In this document: positions 19,240 to 27,215 of the stretch, in pieces
Position numbering within the stretch: the first letter of the stretch is position 1
How the letters are laid out: each line of letters opens with the position of its first letter
Assembly (NCBI GenBank): GCA_016705235.1
Contig: JADIYP010000005.1
Coordinates: 190,067 to 254,066, forward strand
Reading direction: 5' to 3'
DNA length: 64,000 nucleotides
From: Candidatus Leptovillus affinis
GTDB lineage: Bacteria > Chloroflexota > Anaerolineae > Promineifilales > Promineifilaceae
Program-made: the position numbers and the translations under genes
Notes under the pieces: generated by a model
Databases searched by the model: none
What the model was told of the DNA's origin: nothing
What the model saw: the letters and a program-made list of their open reading frames with translations, nothing else

Positions 19240-20680
19240 ATTTAAGAACATCACGGCTTTTGACCAGTTTTACCAGTTGACCTACATGTCGGCTACGGCC
19301 GCTGCCGGCATCTCGCGCAGCAAAACGTTTGAAATGGCGGCGGAATCCGGTTCGCCGGCGGCCAATTATTTTATCGCCATCAATTTGCTGGTGAATGAAC
19401 TCCGTTTCGACTACCCGGAAGCGTGCCGCACGGTGGCCGATAAAGCGCCCTCGGACGAGATCAAAAGTTTCCTGCTGCGCCTGTCCGACGCGATGCGGTC
19501 TGGCGAGCCGTTGCCCGCTTTTCTGGCCCGCGAAGCGGCGGTGCAGGCGAATGTGTACGATAACGCCTACGAACGCGATCTGGAATCGCTGAAAAAATGG
19601 TCGGATGCGTTTTCTTCGATTGTGGTTTCGGTGGCCCTGATTGTGATCATTAATTTGGTATCGACGATGATTTATTCGATGGGCACGGGCATGATTACCG
19701 GGTTGGTGATAACGGCCGTGATCATGGGTTTCTTTGGCGCCTGGATTCTCTCCCGCGCTGCTCCACAAGAAGAGATGACCATTCCCTCGGCCATAGGGTC
19801 AGACGGCCAGCGGCGTACCCTGCAATTAAGCCGTATTATCATCCCCACGGCCGTTCTCCTCGGCGGTGTTTTGGCATTTCTCGGGTTTAGCCAGGTATGG
19901 GTACTGGTAGCCGTATCGGCCGTGCTGCTGCCTCTGGGCATCGTCAGCTCGCGGGCCGACGCGGAAATCACCAAAAAAGACGCCGAAATCAGTTCGTTTT
20001 TACGCTCGGTAGGCGGCATGGCTACTTCCACCGGCACCACCCTCAAAGAAGCCATCACCAAAATAGACATCAGCTCCTTTCCCCGGCTTCAACCCGATGT
20101 AAAGCGGTTGGATACGCGCCTGCGTGCCCTGGTCAGCCCAACGGTTTGCTGGCAGCGCTTTGGCAACGAGACCGGCAGCCGCCTGATTCGGCAGGCTGTC
20201 GGCATTTTTTACGAAGCGGTACGCCTGGGCGGCGATCCGGAACAAGTGGGATTTCTTTGCTCAATGTTTGCGTCGCGCACCGCGATGCTGCGCGCAAAAA
20301 GGCGCACGGTAGTCAGCACGTTTACCTGGCTAACGCTGGTTATGCATATCGTCGTCGCCGCGCTGATGGTATTTGTACTGCACATCATTCACAACTTCTT
20401 GCTCCTGATGCAATCGGCCATGACGGCGGATCAGGCGGCGTTGGCCTCGGAAAATCTGGCGATGCCGCTGGCTAATTTTAGCCCGCAGCAGATGCAGTTT
20501 CTGGACGCCATTACCATCATGATGGTGGTCTTGCTGGCGGTTATCAGCGCGATGGCCATCGTCGCCAGTGATGGCGGGTATAAATTTAAGCTCACGCTTT
20601 ACCTGGCGGTGCTGCTTTTTATGTCGGGCATTAGCTTCTGGATTGTGCCGCCTATGGTAGCGCAGTTGTTGACAATTTGA
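19181..20680 (+). CDS. arlJ: ArlJ/FlaJ-type polytopic membrane platform protein (T2SSF/TadC-like)
   Basis: About 500 aa with two T2SSF-like repeats and multiple TM helices, immediately after arlI. The start is ambiguous (GTG 19181 or ATG 19190). Confidence 0.75.
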   Translation: MVLMTSSKSLPKPIAKSSYKFKNITAFDQFYQLTYMSATAAAGISRSKTFEMAAESGSPAANYFIAINLLVNELRFDYPEACRTVADKAPSDEIKSFLLRLSDAMRSGEPLPAFLAREAAVQANVYDNAYERDLESLKKWSDAFSSIVVSVALIVIINLVSTMIYSMGTGMITGLVITAVIMGFFGAWILSRAAPQEEMTIPSAIGSDGQRRTLQLSRIIIPTAVLLGGVLAFLGFSQVWVLVAVSAVLLPLGIVSSRADAEITKKDAEISSFLRSVGGMATSTGTTLKEAITKIDISSFPRLQPDVKRLDTRLRALVSPTVCWQRFGNETGSRLIRQAVGIFYEAVRLGGDPEQVGFLCSMFASRTAMLRAKRRTVVSTFTWLTLVMHIVVAALMVFVLHIIHNFLLLMQSAMTADQAALASENLAMPLANFSPQQMQFLDAITIMMVVLLAVISAMAIVASDGGYKFKLTLYLAVLLFMSGISFWIVPPMVAQLLTI

Positions 20681-20760
20681 TCCTATTTAACAGATTTACA
20701 CCGATTTTCTGATGATTGAGGGTAACGATAAAGACCCCAAGGGTTTGCTTCCTTGAAAAT

Positions 20761-20793
20761 AGATTTGTCAAATCTTTAAGATTTGACAAATCT
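20761..20793. repeat. Double palindrome AGATTTGTCAAATCT-TTA-AGATTTGACAAATCT
   Basis: Read directly in the sequence. It belongs to a family with members at 26200, 37734 and 56461. Confidence 0.7.
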
Positions 20794-20836
20794 CAACCTT
20801 TTCATTCGTGGTGGTGGGTTAGACCACTCATGATGT

Positions 20837-21040
20837 CTCCTGGGAATATAAACCCTTGGGGTTTTGCCGGAGAAACCTGAACAGACCCCAAGGGTTTGCT
20901 CCTGGGAATTTGGAATATTTGGACACCAAACCCCTGGGGTTTTGCCGGAGAAACCTGAACAGACCCCAAGGGTTTGCTCCTGGGAATTTGGAATATTTGG
21001 ACACCAAACCCTTGGGGTCTTGCCGGAGAAACCTGAACAG
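20837..21040 (+). repeat. About 2.5 copies of a 78-bp tandem repeat, each unit carrying the inverted pair AAACCCTTGGGGT / ACCCCAAGGGTTT
   Basis: Units start at 20850, 20928 and 21006. A further ACCCCAAGGGTTTGCT lies at about 20736. The ORFs predicted here (20802..21176, 20856..21050, 20864..21223) are repeat artefacts. Confidence 0.85.
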
Positions 21041-21063
21041 TTACGATTAAGGAATGACGTATT

Positions 21064-22098
21064 ATGTCTAAATCCACACGGCCGTTTCGCCTTCTTCTTC
21101 CCCTGGTTTTTATCGGTGGGCTGCTGTTCGGCTGGCTGGTCATCGGCTGGTGGTTGTGGCCTATCCAGTGGGCCAACGTGGCCCCGGCGCAGCTATCGTC
21201 AGACCATCAGCGGATTTACGTAGCCATGGCCGCCGAAGCCTATGCCCTGACGGGTGACGTAGCCCAGGCGCAGTCGCGGTTGGCAACCTGGGACAACGCG
21301 ACACTGGCTGCCACCCTGACTTTGCTGATTCAGGAAACGACCGATCCTGTGGTCCGTGAGCGTTACATTGCATTGGGAGAAGCGCTGGCCATGCCGCAGG
21401 TAGACTTGAGTCTGATGGACGTGATTTTAGGGCAGAAAGCGATTCTGGTAACGGCCGTCGCCGCCGTTGGCCTCTTCTTGGCCGCTTTGGGGATGGCCTT
21501 GTTTCCTGTTTTGCAGCAGACCAGAGCGCGCCAACAGGAAGAGCTGCTTCTGTTGAACGGCGCCGAAGCGGGAACAGACATGGATGGAGATGAGCAAACG
21601 GCCGTTTCTTCCAGCAGCGCTGCCCGGCAAAACAACGGCGGAACCGAGACGGCCGCAAACGCTGGCCAGGGCAGCGCCCCTGACTCGGCGGCCAACACTA
21701 CCTCGCAAACAAACGCTGGCGACCAGGCAACCGCCGGTGGCGGCGGGACCGGACAGCCCGGCGCGGCCCAGGCCGCAGGCGGGAAACAGGCGCAGCAAAA
21801 CCCGGCCAACGCCGCCGCGCAGCCACCCGAACAGCAGGCAACGGCCGTGCAGAATCCGGCCAACGCCCCCGCGCCAGCCGCCAATCAGCCGCCGCCCGAA
21901 GAAACGGCCGAAAAACTACTCGCCGAAGCAACCGGCGATATTCAAGCCCTGCTCAACAGCATCTTCGACGAAGACGACAAGCTTGCCCATTACGATACAC
22001 TGCTGCACAACATGGGCGACGTTGATATGGTTCGATTGGCAGACCGCAGCGCCCAAATGCTGCGTCAACTGCGGCAAAAGAACCGGGAGACAGCCTGA
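21064..22098 (+). CDS. Hypothetical membrane protein with a long Ala/Gln/Pro/Asn-rich disordered region
   Basis: Two predicted TM helices (LLLPLVFIGGLLFGWLVIGWWLW and ILVTAVAAVGLFLAALGMALF), a low-complexity middle and a short conserved-looking C-terminus. No family recognised. Confidence 0.5.
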   Translation: MSKSTRPFRLLLPLVFIGGLLFGWLVIGWWLWPIQWANVAPAQLSSDHQRIYVAMAAEAYALTGDVAQAQSRLATWDNATLAATLTLLIQETTDPVVRERYIALGEALAMPQVDLSLMDVILGQKAILVTAVAAVGLFLAALGMALFPVLQQTRARQQEELLLLNGAEAGTDMDGDEQTAVSSSSAARQNNGGTETAANAGQGSAPDSAANTTSQTNAGDQATAGGGGTGQPGAAQAAGGKQAQQNPANAAAQPPEQQATAVQNPANAPAPAANQPPPEETAEKLLAEATGDIQALLNSIFDEDDKLAHYDTLLHNMGDVDMVRLADRSAQMLRQLRQKNRETA

Positions 22099-22099
22099 C

Positions 22100-22711
22100 A
22101 TGGACCTGCTATGGTTGATTTTGGGGTTTTTGTTGGGCTGGTTGTTGAACTGGCTGAGCGACTTTTTACCGTGCCGCCTGGCTAAAACGCCGCGCCCGGC
22201 CAATCTACGGGGACGCGCTGCTGGCTTGCCCTGGATGATAGGGGCGATGACGGCCGTGGCCTGTTATTACTTTGGCTTGCGCGGGCAATGGGTCTCTCTA
22301 GTCTTGTACGCATTTTTCTTGTTGATTGCCCTGATCGACGGCAAACACAGGTTGGTCCTGAACGTGCTGGTGTACCCGGCTATCGCCCTGACGCTGGTTT
22401 ATCATCTGGTCGCCGGGGGGCAGTCCTGGACGGCCGTATGGTTGGGCGGAGGCTTGGCCCTGGCTGCTTTTGTCCTGGCTGCCTGGCTGCGCCCCGGCGA
22501 TTTGGGCGGCGGCGACGTGAAACTGGCGGCGCTGATTGGCCTGATCTTCGGTTTCCCTGGTGTGTTGTGGCCGCTGCTGCTGGGTGTAGGGCTGGGTGGA
22601 TTGGCCGCCGCCTATTTGCTGCTGCGTGGATACGGCCGTCGCTATCACATCCCCTATGCTCCCTTTTTGTCCCTTGGCGTCTTTATCGCTCTTCTTTACA
22701 CCCCTCTCTAA
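22100..22711 (+). CDS. Peptidase A24 family prepilin/preflagellin peptidase
   Basis: MDLLWLILGFLLGWLLNWLSD..., a first Asp box LIALIDGKHRLV and a second Asp box GGGDVKLAALIGLIFG. The ATG at 22100 follows the upstream stop directly. The 5' part of track ORF 21584..22711 is an out-of-frame overlap with the upstream gene. Confidence 0.85.
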   Translation: MDLLWLILGFLLGWLLNWLSDFLPCRLAKTPRPANLRGRAAGLPWMIGAMTAVACYYFGLRGQWVSLVLYAFFLLIALIDGKHRLVLNVLVYPAIALTLVYHLVAGGQSWTAVWLGGGLALAAFVLAAWLRPGDLGGGDVKLAALIGLIFGFPGVLWPLLLGVGLGGLAAAYLLLRGYGRRYHIPYAPFLSLGVFIALLYTPL

Positions 22712-22816
22712 CGTGCAACAAACTCGCGTATCTTATCGCTTCCTACCCATAATATTCACGTTTATTTTCCGCTTTACGCGCTGATCTATTCATATAATGG
22801 TTAAACTTCCGCTAAT

Positions 22817-23021
22817 GAAGACAAACGTCTGGTTAGTCTTTAAGAAAACAATCAGGTAATGAACAGGTCATTCTGAGCGCAGTCTTCGGAGCAAAGAATC
22901 TCACTAACTCGGTCATTCCAAACAAATGGGATGCTTCGGCAGCCTCAGCACAGGCTCTCAGCATGACATATCTCTCGATTACCAGATTGATTTTTTAATC
23001 CACAAGCAGACGTTTGTCTTC
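22817..23021. repeat. About 205-bp foldback element bounded by a perfect 15-bp inverted repeat (GAAGACAAACGTCTG ... CAGACGTTTGTCTTC)
   Basis: Read directly in the sequence. The interior carries inverted GTCATTCTGAG / CTCAGCATGAC motifs. It lies in a noncoding gap of about 450 bp. Confidence 0.6.
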
Positions 23022-23160
23022 CGGGTCATTATGATTTGCGGTTGAATCCCTGGGAGCAGTAGGTGTTGCCAATCGTTGCAAAACGGCCTCCAGGCGAGCG
23101 TAGTTTGTGCGTGTTGTTTGCCAAAAGGCAAGACATAACAACTCAAGTGAAGTAACCATT

Positions 23161-23979
23161 ATGCGCGAATCTTCTTATGATTTAGACACCGTTCTGAGGG
23201 AACAAACGGCCACAAATTCCCGGCGTCCCATCATTTTGTGGTTAGTCGCCTTGGGATTACTGCTGCTGTTTGTGCCCTTGTACCTGGTAGCCACGGCCGT
23301 GCGCGCCGACACCCAACGTCTGGAGAGCGAATTAAGCCAGTTGCAAATGGCGGAGATGGGCGATCCGGGGGGCGATCCTACGATAAACGCCTTGCAAACC
23401 AGAGTAGCCGAAGCACAAACTGAGGCGGATAGTCTGGCCGCCATCCAGTCGAGCACAGGCGCGCAGCATGTGAATTGGCCGGCCGTAGTGGATGCCATCA
23501 AGACCGACGCCAATCAGATCACGTTGTTGGGCGTAGAACAGGCGGATAATCGCCTGACTATTTCAGGTGAAGCGGCTGATGATACGGCCGTTATCGCCTA
23601 TGCCCAGGAACTGGAAGCGTCCGGGCAGTTTGCGCGGATTGTGGTGCAGTCAATTACGCTGCTGCCTACACCGCAACCGGTCATTACGCCGACGTTGTCG
23701 CCCTCGCCTATTGCAACAACTGCGCCCTCACCAACCACGGTCGCAGCCACAGCAACAAGCGCCGGCCCGGTGACAAACCCAACGGCCGTGCCCACCATCA
23801 CCCCCACGCCCAATTTGCGCGACGCTTACGAGGTTGACGACAGCCAGGCTAAACCCATATTTGTCGGCGAAGTGCAGACCCGCAACTTCTACCCCCAGGG
23901 CGATGTGGACAACGCCTGGTTTTTGGCTAAGAACGGCCGTTTCTACACCATTGCCACCACCAACCTTTCCCCGGCGTAG
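23161..23979 (+). CDS. PilN-like membrane protein, 5' portion of a gene apparently interrupted by a -1 frameshift
   Basis: TM helix ILWLVALGLLLLFVPLYLVA, a coiled coil, and a PilN-like core ITLLGVEQADNRLTISGEAADDTAVIAYAQELEASGQFARIVVQSI. A Pro/Thr linker follows, then the start of a beta-domain whose paralogue (24240..24420) continues in the frame of the next ORF. Confidence 0.6.
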   Translation: MRESSYDLDTVLREQTATNSRRPIILWLVALGLLLLFVPLYLVATAVRADTQRLESELSQLQMAEMGDPGGDPTINALQTRVAEAQTEADSLAAIQSSTGAQHVNWPAVVDAIKTDANQITLLGVEQADNRLTISGEAADDTAVIAYAQELEASGQFARIVVQSITLLPTPQPVITPTLSPSPIATTAPSPTTVAATATSAGPVTNPTAVPTITPTPNLRDAYEVDDSQAKPIFVGEVQTRNFYPQGDVDNAWFLAKNGRFYTIATTNLSPA

Positions 23980-23984
23980 ACACC

Positions 23985-25073
23985 GTGCTCACTGTTATCA
24001 TCAATGGCCAGGAATACGTCAACGATGACCGGCAAGATGGAACCCTGGCCTCAGAAATTGGCGTCCAAAGCCTTGCCGGAGACGTGCAAGTCTTTATCCA
24101 GGTGACCAATCGCGGGCAGTTTGGGCCACAGATGGGCTATCAGCTTTTTGTGCAGGAAATGGTTCCTACGCCTGGTCCTACAGCTACCCAAACGCTGCCG
24201 CCGCCCACCGCCCAGCCAGACCCCACCAGCACCCCAGACTTGCGCGATGCGTTTGAACCCGATGAAACCACTCCGACCGTTATCCTGGTAGGCGAGACGC
24301 AAACGCGCAATTTCTTCCCTCAGGGAGACCAGGACAACGCCAGTTTTATCACCAAGGGCGGGCGTTTTTACCAGGTTGCCACGTCGAACCTGGCGCTGGG
24401 CGTAGATACGTTTCTACGCGTGACGCTAGATGGCGCTCAATGGGAAAACGACGATTATGCCCCGGCGGGCACAGGCAACTTTGCCTCGTCGGTTTGTTTT
24501 CCGGCGGCGTCGGTAGACGGCACGGCCGTTGCCAACATCACCAACAAAATGCAGCAGTTCAGCCCCAGCGCTGCCTACAACATCGCCGTTTTGGAAGTGC
24601 CGGCCCTAAGCCTGAATCTGGACCAACTGGCTTTTGGTCCGGCCGCCGCCGGCGGGGCCAACCCGCCCAACCAATCTGTGCAAATCTTTGGCGACAGTAC
24701 GTTGAGCTGGTCGGCCGTTACCAGCGCGCCCTGGCTGCAAATCAGCCCCAATCAGGGCGGCGCGCCCAGCCTGATGGATGTAACGGCGAACATTACCGGG
24801 CTACCGCAAGGCACATATGAAGGAACCATCACCTTTTCCTGGGCTTCCTTATGCCGCCGCGAAGTGAAAGTGACGTTGCAGGTTGATCCTCCGGCGGTTA
24901 GTAACAATCAGACCGGACAGGAAAATGGGCTGGTTTTGGCGATGGGGCGAGTGGGAGAAACGGCCGTTTCCCGTCGCCTCATCCTGGCGAAGCAAATCGC
25001 CCAACCCCTAACCAGCGCTGTCCCGCTGAACACCGTCGCTTTTGTCATCATTGTCGAATTGCAGGGGCAGTAA
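23985..25073 (+). CDS. 3' portion of the same PilN-like gene: two pre-peptidase-C-terminal-like domains and a BACON-like domain
   Basis: Frame B reads ...PGVDTVLTVIINGQEYVNDD directly across the frame-A stop, paralleling ALGVDTFLRVTLDGAQWENDD further on. The C-terminal LSWSAVTSAPWLQISPNQGGAPSLMDVTANITGLPQGTYEGTITF is BACON-like. Confidence 0.55.
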   Translation: MLTVIINGQEYVNDDRQDGTLASEIGVQSLAGDVQVFIQVTNRGQFGPQMGYQLFVQEMVPTPGPTATQTLPPPTAQPDPTSTPDLRDAFEPDETTPTVILVGETQTRNFFPQGDQDNASFITKGGRFYQVATSNLALGVDTFLRVTLDGAQWENDDYAPAGTGNFASSVCFPAASVDGTAVANITNKMQQFSPSAAYNIAVLEVPALSLNLDQLAFGPAAAGGANPPNQSVQIFGDSTLSWSAVTSAPWLQISPNQGGAPSLMDVTANITGLPQGTYEGTITFSWASLCRREVKVTLQVDPPAVSNNQTGQENGLVLAMGRVGETAVSRRLILAKQIAQPLTSAVPLNTVAFVIIVELQGQ

Positions 25074-25095
25074 CCAGGCAGCGAGTACAAAACCT

Positions 25096-26103
25096 ATGGA
25101 CGTTTTATACGATATACGCGACACGATCCGCCGCAACATGTTATCTGTTTTGGCAATTGCTTTTATCGCCATTACCGTGGTGTGGTTTGGCTATTTCCTC
25201 TCCACCAATGTCTTGCCCCGTTGGGCGGCCCGGCAGGAATTGGCCGCGCAAGTATTAGCCATGCAGCAAACCACCCACCAGGGCGAACAGGCGCAACAAG
25301 ATTCGACCGCCGCGCTGCAAGCACAACTGGCCGATTCCCAGACAAAACTCAACGCAACAACCGGCGCCTTCCTTAGCGAAGCTCAGGCGGCTGCCATTTT
25401 GGACAGCCTTTACCGTTACGCGGCCAGCAGCAGCGTCACCATTACCGGTTTGCAGGCCCAATCTGCGGCCGAGCCGGTTGCCCCCGATGCTTTGTACAGC
25501 GTTCAGTCGTTCGCTGTGCAAATGACCGGGCCTGTGCTGCAATTGTTGGATTTTCTCGGCCGTTTTCAGGAGACCACCTGGCCTGGCGTATCCTTGAAAG
25601 ATGTTAAGCTTGCTCAGGGGGAAGGACAATCCACGCTGGACATGAGTCTGGCTCTTTATACGTCGCCTCTTGCCACCGGCGCAGCCCTTGAAGCAGCGCC
25701 GTTTATGGAAATATCACCCAGCGGCGCAAATGCAACGGCCGTTACTGGCGCATCGGCGGCCATCAGTACCGTGCCAGCCGCTGACCTGACAGCGCTGGTT
25801 AACAGCCTCTACGAACCCTGGATGGCTGAAAACTGGCCTGAAGCGATCCGCATTTTAGAGCAGATTTTGCTCCAAACGCCTGACGATTTTGATATGCAAA
25901 CACGGCTGTATGCGGCTTATCTTTACCAGGCTTACCAGCTTTACGCCGCCCAGCAGCCAGAAGAAGCCATAGCCGCCCTCAAGCGCGCCCTTGAGCTTCG
26001 CCCGGACGGCCAGGAAGCCATCACCGCTTTGCAACGGTTGAATAATGGGCTGCCACTAGACGAATCTGGTTCTTTAGGAACTCAGGGGGTTGACAGCCCC
26101 TGA
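25096..26103 (+). CDS. PilO-like membrane protein with C-terminal TPR repeats
   Basis: TM helix LSVLAIAFIAITVVWFGYFL, a coiled coil, a PilO-like core FAVQMTGPVLQLLDFLGRFQETTWPGVSLKDVKL and a TPR-like tail WPEAIRILEQIL...EEAIAALKRALELRPD. Confidence 0.5.
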   Translation: MDVLYDIRDTIRRNMLSVLAIAFIAITVVWFGYFLSTNVLPRWAARQELAAQVLAMQQTTHQGEQAQQDSTAALQAQLADSQTKLNATTGAFLSEAQAAAILDSLYRYAASSSVTITGLQAQSAAEPVAPDALYSVQSFAVQMTGPVLQLLDFLGRFQETTWPGVSLKDVKLAQGEGQSTLDMSLALYTSPLATGAALEAAPFMEISPSGANATAVTGASAAISTVPAADLTALVNSLYEPWMAENWPEAIRILEQILLQTPDDFDMQTRLYAAYLYQAYQLYAAQQPEEAIAALKRALELRPDGQEAITALQRLNNGLPLDESGSLGTQGVDSP

Positions 26104-26159
26104 TGCGTGATACGTGATGCGTGACCAGAGAGGTTTCACGCATCACGTATCACGCATCA
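26101..26159 (+). terminator. Perfect 24-bp-stem hairpin overlapping the stop codon (TGATGCGTGATACGTGATGCGTGA / TCACGCATCACGTATCACGCATCA)
   Basis: Read directly in the sequence. The loop is CCAGAGAGGTT and there is no U-tract. Confidence 0.55.
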
Positions 26160-26405
26160 GACCAAACCCCATGAAATCCCAAAGACCCACGAATCTTAAA
26201 GATTGGACCAATCTGCGCCACGTCATTTTTATTTTTAGGTGGTAAGGGAGCATCTTCTCACTATTTCAGGGTGTCGTAGTCTGGGAAGCGGGCCGCCTCC
26301 ATGGCCGCCGCCCAACTATCAATTGTTCATGCGGGCGCAGATTGGCGGCAAATGGGCGTTACGGCCGTTTGATTAAAGCCTGTCGTCGGGTTAGCCAGCC
26401 AGAAT

Positions 26406-26993
26406 TCAAAGCACATCGTTACAAAAGCGGTGAAACTCGCAATCCACGCAGCGAGCGGGTGTGTCGGGCGGGGCGGGTAGCTGCTGCGCCTGGGCGATGG
26501 CGGCCATTTGTGTCAACGCTTTGTCTAGTTGGCGCTGGAGATGGGCGGTGAACGGAACCGGCACAGCTTCGCGGTTGGGGATGAGGTAGAGGAAGCCGCG
26601 TTGGACGGGTTTGTCGGGGTGGAGTGTTTGCAAGAGACGGCCGTAAGCCAGCACCTGCATCTTAAAATGCGCCCCCACCTTCTTGGAATCCTTGTAATCT
26701 ACGGGGATTCGCTCCGCCTCCGTCTCGATGAGCATATCCAGCACCCCCGACAACTTCAGATCTGCCGACAGCAGCGGCACGTTAAACGAGCGTTCGCCAC
26801 TTGCCAGCCCATAAGTCCGCAACTGCCGCCGCTTCTCCCGCTCCTCCGCCTGGATGTGGGATTGGATGCCCGCCTCCATTTTATAGGTGATGGGGCGCAC
26901 ATCCGGCAGCACTGTCTGGTAATACAAAATGCGCGGGCAGTACACGTATTGCTTCAGGTCAATCACGCGGAAGGTGAAGGGGTCTTGGTCCAT
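26406..26993 (-). CDS. cas4: CRISPR-associated exonuclease Cas4
   Basis: N-terminal Cys (YVYCPRILYY), RecB-type motifs (DML...VDYKDSKK) and a C-terminal Cys cluster CVDCEFHRFC. Confidence 0.9.
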   Translation of the reverse strand: MDQDPFTFRVIDLKQYVYCPRILYYQTVLPDVRPITYKMEAGIQSHIQAEEREKRRQLRTYGLASGERSFNVPLLSADLKLSGVLDMLIETEAERIPVDYKDSKKVGAHFKMQVLAYGRLLQTLHPDKPVQRGFLYLIPNREAVPVPFTAHLQRQLDKALTQMAAIAQAQQLPAPPDTPARCVDCEFHRFCNDVL

Positions 26994-27020
26994 AGTTTGG
27001 TAGTCCTGTAGTTTGATGGT

Positions 27021-27126
27021 CTAGCAGTCTGTCGGAGAACCTCTTTTTGTAGCCGGGGTATCCTTACCCCGCCTCTGGAAGACGGTAAGAAACCGCGGCT
27101 ACGGGTACTTTCCGACAAACTGCTAG
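27021..27126 (+). repeat. Foldback (MITE-like) element, copy C (106 bp), inserted between cas2 and cas4
   Basis: Same sequence as 2032..2140 with 3 nt deleted. It is flanked on both sides by GTAGTC-word low-complexity sequence. Confidence 0.85.
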
Positions 27127-27215
27127 TAGTCTTGTAGTCTTGTAGTCGGGTAGTCGAATTGTCTGGTCGTGTGGCAAAAGCTATCCACCTCTTCCTATCA
27201 ACTCCCAACTCCCTA

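Noticed and set aside
21584-22099. N-terminal 170 codons of track ORF 21584..22711
   Set aside because: This segment overlaps the 21064..22098 gene out of frame and is Pro/Arg-rich. The A24 peptidase homology starts only at the ATG at 22100.
13042-22711. Alternative reading of the cluster as a bacterial Tad/Flp or type IV pilus locus
   Set aside because: Tad and type IV pilus systems share the ATPase, platform protein and A24 peptidase. They lack a FlaH/KaiC-like ATPase and ArlF/G-like proteins. The filament protein N-terminus matches archaellins (G/ITALETAIILIAF), not Flp (G-xxxx-EY) or PilA (G/FTLIE). This still needs HMM and phylogenetic confirmation.
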